22,130 bases of DNA from a virus: the IMG/VR virus record IMGVR_UViG_3300024581_002302, positions 1 to 22,130 of that record. The stretch is one strand, 5' to 3'. Positions within the stretch are counted from its first letter, which is position 1. Each line of letters opens with the position of its first letter. The translations under genes were made by a program, and so were the position numbers. Positions 16,852-22,130 of this stretch are shown here, one piece after another. The notes under the pieces are model-generated. The model was not told the DNA's origin and made no database searches. It saw only the letters and a list, made by a program, of their open reading frames with translations.

Positions 16852-17634
16852 ATGTCAGTGCGTCCCCTCGGCTTCCAGCTGAACAAGGAGCAGGCCGCCA
16901 AAGCTGCCGAGAACATGAACCTCGCCAGACGCGAGGCCTGGAGATTCCAGAGACGGACGGACATGGACTACGGCGACCTCGAGTCCGTGGCATTCATTGG
17001 CCTGATGAAGGCCTGCTACAAGTTCGACGCCAGCAGAGGCTGGAAGTTCTCCACCTACGCCGTGCCGGTGATACGCGGGGAGCTTCTGCACTACGTGCGC
17101 GACCACTCCTACCTGCTGCGCCTCTCCCACCGGATGCGCGAGAACTGGGTGAAGGGTCGCCGCTTCCTTGATCGTGGCCACACCGATCAGCAGGTGGCCG
17201 ACGAGCTGAAGATCAAGCTCGAGGAATGGCTCGACACCCGTCAGGCCTGCAGTGGTGCACCCCTGGAACTGAAGGACTCCGTCGCTGTCGCTGACAAGCA
17301 GCTGGAAGTCACAGAAGACGATCGGCTCGAGCGCCTGGAGAACGCGGTCAAGAAGGCATGGAGCCGGATGGGCTCACCCTTCGCCAAGAATCTCGCGGCG
17401 CACTATCGCTTCGACCACCTCCTGAAGGAGCACTCGGCCGACACCTTCGTCGCCCTGTCCCTGGCGATCTACGAGGGCAGAGACATCTGCTACGTCGACA
17501 TGGGGATGCCCGGGAAGGACGTCGCCACGAATCAGATCCAGGCGATCAGCGTCGAGGCCACACCCGCAGGCGAGCTGGTGTTCTCCGGCTTCGACATGGG
17601 CAACGGCAGATACCAGCCTTCTCTGTTCGAGTGA
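16852..17634 (+). CDS. RNA polymerase sigma factor, SigF/SigB (group 3)-like
   Basis: DLESVAFIGLMKACYKFDASRGWKFSTYAVPVIRGELLHYVRD and region 3 TDQQVADELKI; the C-terminus is divergent. Confidence 0.88.
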   Translation: MSVRPLGFQLNKEQAAKAAENMNLARREAWRFQRRTDMDYGDLESVAFIGLMKACYKFDASRGWKFSTYAVPVIRGELLHYVRDHSYLLRLSHRMRENWVKGRRFLDRGHTDQQVADELKIKLEEWLDTRQACSGAPLELKDSVAVADKQLEVTEDDRLERLENAVKKAWSRMGSPFAKNLAAHYRFDHLLKEHSADTFVALSLAIYEGRDICYVDMGMPGKDVATNQIQAISVEATPAGELVFSGFDMGNGRYQPSLFE

Positions 17635-17638
17635 ACCC

Positions 17639-17673
17639 TGTTCGGGTTCGCATCGTGACCGGTACCCTCTGCC
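17639..17673 (+). promoter_or_regulatory. Phage promoter motif
   Basis: TGTTCGG lies at the same 22-nt offset from GGTACCCTCTGCC as in the copy at 6643. Confidence 0.6.
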
Positions 17674-17693
17674 ATCACCTGCGCACCTCGACC

Positions 17694-17828
17694 GTGCCCC
17701 ACAACCTGATCACCGTCCACTCCTGGCAGGCCCTGGTCGCCCTGTACGGCTCCGCCTTCCTCTGCGCCGTCCTGTTCGTCGGAATCATCACCGCCCTGAC
17801 CCACCTCAGCGAAACAGCCAAGAAGTGA
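17694..17828 (+). CDS. Small membrane protein, 44 aa
   Basis: GTG start, hydrophobic segment ALVALYGSAFLCAVLFVGIITAL, GTGA overlap with the next gene. Confidence 0.55.
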   Translation: MPHNLITVHSWQALVALYGSAFLCAVLFVGIITALTHLSETAKK

Positions 17829-18349
17829 ACCTTCCACCACGCACGCACACCAGGCGGAACCGACGACTGCCGGCCGCCTTCTACGACGACATGTGCGAGA
17901 TCGCCCTGCAGCGTTTCGAGCCTCCCTACGCCAACGTCTCCAGGGCTGAGTGGGTGCAGGTGGTCATGGATGCCTGGCAGACCGAGACCTGGTACGAGCC
18001 ACTGATCACCCTGATACCTGGCAGGACGGACAACATCGCCAGCTCACTGAAGCGCCGCGTCCTCACTGATGCAGGCGAGAAGGAGAAGCCAGGCGAGACA
18101 CAGATCCGCCAGATGATCGAGAAGGGCATCGAGTCCGTGTGGAACATCAACACCGAGTCGATCTCCTACCGCGCACACTGCGGCAAGGTGCACGCATCGT
18201 TCAAGAGCCTCGACGCTGCGCGTGGCTGGCGGATGCTGGCCTATCGCTACGAGCGCGAAGGCCGTCGGGCTGTTGATGTGCCCCGCGAGGAATGGAATCT
18301 GGAGCAGCTCGAGGAGCTGGGACGCAACACCCAGACCGAGCTGTTCTAA
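17825..18349 (+). CDS. Hypothetical protein
   Basis: Operon-packed ORF with typical codon usage; start uncertain. Confidence 0.7.
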   Translation: MNLPPRTHTRRNRRLPAAFYDDMCEIALQRFEPPYANVSRAEWVQVVMDAWQTETWYEPLITLIPGRTDNIASSLKRRVLTDAGEKEKPGETQIRQMIEKGIESVWNINTESISYRAHCGKVHASFKSLDAARGWRMLAYRYEREGRRAVDVPREEWNLEQLEELGRNTQTELF

Positions 18350-18351
18350 TT

Positions 18352-18386
18352 TGTGCGACTGAGAACAGGCACTCGTACCCTGTGCC
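18352..18386 (+). promoter_or_regulatory. Phage promoter/operator motif
   Basis: TGTGC-GACTGA-GAACA, a 6-nt gap, then CGTACCCTGTGCC. Confidence 0.65.
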
Positions 18387-18395
18387 GTTCTTTAC

Positions 18396-18953
18396 ATGCG
18401 CCGCATGTTACCCACTGAGCCGCAGCCGCAGGTTCGACTCCATACGGAGCAGCGAACCGCAGCATCCAAGATCAAGGCAGCAGACGACAAGATCGTCGAA
18501 GCCATGAAGCAGGTCGGACGCGAAGCCCCCGAGGGCATGGTGACCACCCAGCTCGCAGAGGCTGGCCTGACCATGGCCGCCGACCGCTGCTACGCGATGA
18601 GCCTGATCGAATCGCTCCCTCCGACTTCACCGTTGAAGGACGCACCCCTCGACGTTCACCTCGCACTGACCTCTCAGGGTCACGCGATGCTGAAGTACCT
18701 GATCAGCGAAGCCGAGAAGCACCTGGTCGATGGTCGGCCGATGGCCTTCTTGAACCGTGACTGGGCAGACGCTCGTGTTCGTCAGCTGAAGCAGGAAGCT
18801 GCAGAAGCCCGCCGTCGCGATCGCACTCCCAGCGAACCGACCTCTGTCCTCCTCGCACGCCTGCAGCGTGAACTCGAAGAGGAGCGTGCGAAGCGCATCG
18901 AAGCCGAGCGCATCGCAGAAGAAGCACTTCAACTCCTGGAGGAATCCAAGTGA
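18396..18953 (+). CDS. Hypothetical protein with a C-terminal coiled coil
   Basis: LARLQRELEEERAKRIEAERIAEEALQLL; GTGA overlap with the next gene. Confidence 0.7.
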   Translation: MRRMLPTEPQPQVRLHTEQRTAASKIKAADDKIVEAMKQVGREAPEGMVTTQLAEAGLTMAADRCYAMSLIESLPPTSPLKDAPLDVHLALTSQGHAMLKYLISEAEKHLVDGRPMAFLNRDWADARVRQLKQEAAEARRRDRTPSEPTSVLLARLQRELEEERAKRIEAERIAEEALQLLEESK

Positions 18954-20062
18954 GCAACCTTCGCGCACGACTGAACAAGCTCAAAGGCCTCGAGCCTTCT
19001 GTGACCCCGGCAGCCGCCGAGGTCTCTGCTCTGGCTGAGTACCAGGCCAACATCGACGAGTCACGCCTTCGGGCCATGGAGGCTCGCGATCGCGCCCGCA
19101 ACGAGGTGATCGAGACCGACTGGAACTCGAAGCTCGACAAGGCCAACGAGATCGAGGCCGAGGTCGAGTCCTTCCTTGCTACCCGCAAGAAGGGCCAAGG
19201 CATGAAGCGCGGCGGCTCCCTCCTGGTCCAGGTGACCGACGTCCATTTCGGCGGAACGGTCAAGGGACTCGAGGAGCGTGAGAACGCGAACGAGTACTGC
19301 CTGCACAAGGCAGCCCACCGTCTCGCTGTCTACGCCGAGGAGATCCTGTTCTACGCCGCGGCCCATGGTGTCGATGAGCTGGTGATCGCCTTCACCGGTG
19401 ACATCTTCGACTCGAAGGTGGGCAAGGAGCGCAAGGACAAGATGCTCCACGCAGAGGGCACCGCCTGCTCCGCATACCTGAAGGGCCGGGACCTGATCCG
19501 CCAGTTCGTGGACACCTTCCGCGAGTCTGAGCTGTTCGGCTCGATCACCCTCGCAGGCATCGCCGGCAACGAGGCCCGCCTGTACGACGACCGCGGTCAT
19601 GGTCACGTGACTGCATCCGAGAACTGGGACTCTCTGCTGAATGCAGACCTGGTGGCCTGGTACGCCGGCTCGGATGTCGACCTGAAGATGCGCGTCAACC
19701 GCTGCGTGATCGAGATCCAGGGATGGAAGGTTCTCCTGTTACATGGTGACCAGGCCATCGACCGGAACCTCAGCCAGACCCGCTGCTACAGCGTCCTCGC
19801 TCAGCACAAGGCGGACTTCGGCATCTCTGGCCACATCCACTCCGGACTGGTCACGCCGTACTGGGTGCGCTCTGCTTCCTTGATTGGCACCGACGCCTAC
19901 GCGGGCGACGGCCTCGCTCTTGATGGCATGGCGTCGCAGACCATCTTCTGGCTGCGCCCTGGCAAGCGGAACACGATCCAGGTCGACTTGCAGAACGCTG
20001 ACCCGGACATCGAGCCCTTCGAGGTCTTCGACTACGACGGGGCCTTCGGCGCTGCTGCTTGA
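18950..20062 (+). CDS. Calcineurin-like metallophosphoesterase with an N-terminal coiled coil
   Basis: Five-motif signature TDVHFG, GDIFD, GNE, LLHGD, GHIH. Confidence 0.85.
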   Translation: MSNLRARLNKLKGLEPSVTPAAAEVSALAEYQANIDESRLRAMEARDRARNEVIETDWNSKLDKANEIEAEVESFLATRKKGQGMKRGGSLLVQVTDVHFGGTVKGLEERENANEYCLHKAAHRLAVYAEEILFYAAAHGVDELVIAFTGDIFDSKVGKERKDKMLHAEGTACSAYLKGRDLIRQFVDTFRESELFGSITLAGIAGNEARLYDDRGHGHVTASENWDSLLNADLVAWYAGSDVDLKMRVNRCVIEIQGWKVLLLHGDQAIDRNLSQTRCYSVLAQHKADFGISGHIHSGLVTPYWVRSASLIGTDAYAGDGLALDGMASQTIFWLRPGKRNTIQVDLQNADPDIEPFEVFDYDGAFGAAA

Positions 20063-20086
20063 TTGTTCGCATTAGAACAAACACAC

Positions 20087-20108
20087 AAGGGCCTTCGGGC
20101 CCTTTTTT
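20087..20108 (+). terminator. Rho-independent terminator
   Basis: GGGCC-TTCG-GGCCC followed by T6. Confidence 0.88.
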
Positions 20109-20110
20109 AG

Positions 20111-20133
20111 TACAGGCACTCGTACCCTGTGCT
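20111..20133 (+). promoter_or_regulatory. Phage promoter motif
   Basis: ACAGGCACTCGTACCCTGTGC, 21 nt identical to 18365-18385. Confidence 0.65.
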
Positions 20134-20150
20134 GTTCCACATTCACGACC

Positions 20151-20312
20151 ATGTTCATCCCCCGCAACGCTGGGAACGGTCGCTCCCTCCACCAGGACGG
20201 CCACACCCTCGGCGATTTACCGAAGAAGACATCGATCGGCAACGGTCGACGCAAGGCGGGCTCCTACAAGAGGGGCGGCAAGAAGCGCTACCGGGGGCAG
20301 GGTCGTGGCTGA
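20151..20312 (+). CDS. Small, very basic Gly/Lys/Arg-rich protein, 53 aa (not in ORF track)
   Basis: MFIPRNAGNGRSLHQDGHTLGDLPKKTSIGNGRRKAGSYKRGGKKRYRGQGRG; first ORF after the promoter motif. Confidence 0.7.
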   Translation: MFIPRNAGNGRSLHQDGHTLGDLPKKTSIGNGRRKAGSYKRGGKKRYRGQGRG

Positions 20313-20604
20313 GCCACTGGTCCTCCCGTACCTGATCGGCTTCTGGGGACGGATTCGCGCAGAGCTTCAAAACGATGGCGCCGCTTCTGCTGTGCACCAG
20401 CTCTGGCTTCTGCGTCGTCAATCCCCCGAGGCCTGGCATGAGTTCGCGAGGAACGCCGCCGACTTCGGCCTCCCCTATCCGCAGCTCCTTCTTCTCAGCT
20501 GCCTCTGGGAATTGTCGAAGGAGGAACACCTATCAGACATCGCAGCCCGGCTGGCTGCACTTCCTGATCACTTGCTCACCGCCTTCCATGTCATCCACGA
20601 CTGA
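20305..20604 (+). CDS. Hypothetical Leu-rich protein
   Basis: GTG start overlapping the previous gene; fills the gap before the CP12-like gene. Confidence 0.55.
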   Translation: MAEPLVLPYLIGFWGRIRAELQNDGAASAVHQLWLLRRQSPEAWHEFARNAADFGLPYPQLLLLSCLWELSKEEHLSDIAARLAALPDHLLTAFHVIHD

Positions 20605-20779
20605 ATGCTCCTGTCCTCCCGGCTGCGTGTACTGCGCAAAGACCGGCGAGTGCACTTGCCCTGAACACACCGCCCCGTACTCGAACCTCGAGGACAGGCC
20701 CGAAAACCCGACCGCAAAGTTCAAGCGGTACTGCGAAGAAAACGAAGGCGCCGTCGAGTGCCGCATCTATGAGGACTGA
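20588..20779 (+). CDS. cp12: Atypical CP12-like protein with a Cys-rich N-terminus, 63 aa
   Basis: C-terminus FKRYCEENEGAVECRIYED matches the CP12 C-x8-C tail; N-terminus CSCPPGCVYCAKTGECTCPEH. Confidence 0.75.
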   Translation: MSSTTECSCPPGCVYCAKTGECTCPEHTAPYSNLEDRPENPTAKFKRYCEENEGAVECRIYED

Positions 20780-20783
20780 TCCG

Positions 20784-21071
20784 ATGAGTGCTGATCCCTA
20801 CGGCTACGCCGACCTGGACATCTATTCGTTCAACGTGAACTTCGACAAGAAGTTCGGGTTCAACGTCGACGCCCCGGTCAAGTCCAGCTCGGAAACCTCT
20901 CCCGCTCCGCACCCCCACCTCGAGGGAGTTGATGCCGGCGAATTGTTCGTCGTCGCAACCCCCGACGTGATCTACGGCCCCTACGCCACGCGGAACGCCG
21001 CCGAGTCCCTCCTCACGGACGGAACGGTCAACCCTGACGAGTCCCTCGTCATGCAACTCACCTACCCCTGA
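20784..21071 (+). CDS. Hypothetical protein
   Basis: ATG-start ORF (MSADPYG...) packed between the CP12-like and thioredoxin-like genes. Confidence 0.7.
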   Translation: MSADPYGYADLDIYSFNVNFDKKFGFNVDAPVKSSSETSPAPHPHLEGVDAGELFVVATPDVIYGPYATRNAAESLLTDGTVNPDESLVMQLTYP

Positions 21072-21076
21072 CTCCC

Positions 21077-21370
21077 ATGTTCAAGCTCTACGCGGTCGTC
21101 AACTACAAGACGTGCGGCTGGTGCAAGAAGTTCCGCCCCGTGCTCGAAACGAACACGAAGGCGATGAACCCTCGGGCTCAGGCCATGGTCGAAGAGGTTG
21201 ACCTCTCCACCCCCGAAGGCAAGGCACTGGCCGGCCAGCTGAACTTCTCGGGTGGCATCCCCTGCCTGATCGCGCGCAAGGGCGAGACCGAGGTGTACCG
21301 CCAGCCCGGCTACCAGGACGGGACGAAGTTCGCCCAGACCCTGTTCACCCTGTTCTCGACTTACGCCTGA
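21077..21370 (+). CDS. Thioredoxin/glutaredoxin-like protein
   Basis: CGWC active site, cis-Pro motif GIPC, 97 aa. Confidence 0.85.
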   Translation: MFKLYAVVNYKTCGWCKKFRPVLETNTKAMNPRAQAMVEEVDLSTPEGKALAGQLNFSGGIPCLIARKGETEVYRQPGYQDGTKFAQTLFTLFSTYA

Positions 21371-21396
21371 CCTGTTCGCATACGAACAGTGACAAC

Positions 21397-21421
21397 GCCC
21401 CGGCAACTGCTGGGGCTTTTT
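21397..21421 (+). terminator. Rho-independent terminator
   Basis: GCCCCGGC-AACT-GCTGGGGC followed by T5. Confidence 0.8.
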
Positions 21422-21441
21422 AATCCCACCGACTTCATCTG

Positions 21442-22130
21442 ATGCACATCACCGTCATTCACGCACCCGAGCGCTGTGAGCCCTGCCGCGACATGGGCGA
21501 GCGCATCGAGAGCGTCGGGAGGCGAATCCCCGAGCTTCGCTCCCACATCAAGTTCCTGCACGCCGACAAGCAGGAAGTCCCGCACGACTTCTCCGTCATC
21601 CCCACGATCCTCCTGATCGATGACGAAGGCGAGGAGCTGTTCCGCTCTGAGGGTCGCGTCTCCGAGGTCCTCTTCGAGCGTCTGGCTGCAGCTGCTGTTG
21701 CTGGTGAGTACTCCCCCGAGGAGTTCAGCGAGCACGCACCCAGCGCGAACGTCGTCTTCTATCGCACCTACTCCCGCCGCACCGAGAGCGAGCAGCGCGA
21801 GACCTATCTCGAAGCGATCCATCGCGTCGCCAAGGACATCAGCACCCTCGGCAAGTTCACCGACGAGGAAGCCGACCTGGTCCTGCAGCAGGCCCTCGGC
21901 CAGCACGCCCTCCCCTCTGGCCGTTGGCTGTGGGTGGGTGGCACCCCCTGGATCAAGAAGCAGGAGAACTTCTCCGGTGCATACAACTGCACCTCGACCA
22001 GCGTCACCGATAAGGACGCCTTCGGTCTGATCATGGAGCTGGCGATGATGGGCTCCGGCACCGGTGCCATCCTCGAGGACCACATGGTCGCGAAGCTCCC
22101 GAAGGTGCTGAACGCGATCAAGATCACCAA
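21442..22130 (+). CDS. nrdJ: Class II (adenosylcobamide-dependent) ribonucleotide reductase with a fused N-terminal thioredoxin-like domain; runs off the window end
   Basis: One open frame from ATG 21442: MHITVIHAPERCEPCRDM...VIPTILLIDDEGEELFRSEG, then APSANVVFYRTYSRR...LPSGRWLWVGGT...SGAYNCTST...FGLIMELAMMGSGTG, typical of cyanobacterial-type monomeric NrdJ. Confidence 0.9.
   Translation, partial: MHITVIHAPERCEPCRDMGERIESVGRRIPELRSHIKFLHADKQEVPHDFSVIPTILLIDDEGEELFRSEGRVSEVLFERLAAAAVAGEYSPEEFSEHAPSANVVFYRTYSRRTESEQRETYLEAIHRVAKDISTLGKFTDEEADLVLQQALGQHALPSGRWLWVGGTPWIKKQENFSGAYNCTSTSVTDKDAFGLIMELAMMGSGTGAILEDHMVAKLPKVLNAIKIT

Noticed and set aside
4940-19093. HIP1 octamer GCGATCGC copies (4940, about 18817, 19086)
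   Set aside because: Only a few copies in 22 kb of GC-rich DNA; enrichment cannot be claimed without counting against a background model.
3039-22083. Many long antisense or alternate-frame ORFs (e.g. 3524-4282, 8310-9107, 9679-10752, 21361-22083, 21620-22030)
   Set aside because: They are shadows of real genes caused by high GC3 codon bias; they show no recognisable motifs and overlap well-supported CDSs.

Overview
GC-rich segment of a temperate cyanobacterial siphovirus or prophage, inferred from gene content that recalls P-SS2/S-CBS2-type cyanosiphoviruses. From left to right it holds: an att-like 3' half of initiator tRNA-Met with its terminator; a Bet/RecT-like annealase and an XRE-like repressor on the minus strand; divergent small HTH genes; a replication initiator with internal iterons; DnaB, DnaG and dCTP deaminase; an RpoD-like sigma factor, SSB, a DUF3310 protein, RusA, a RecE-like exonuclease and ThyX; small and large terminase; a second SigF-like sigma factor; a metallophosphoesterase; and a terminal redox cluster. 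The cluster has three parts: an atypical CP12 whose N-terminus is a six-Cys/His module, a free thioredoxin-like protein, and a thioredoxin-like domain fused in frame to a class II ribonucleotide reductase. The ORF track missed that fusion because it runs off the window end. Gene junctions share a recurrent regulatory grammar: an SGTACCCTGT box, a TGTTC-N6-GAACA palindrome, and two TTGACACC...CATATT promoters. All product calls come from reading motifs by eye; no database search was run.
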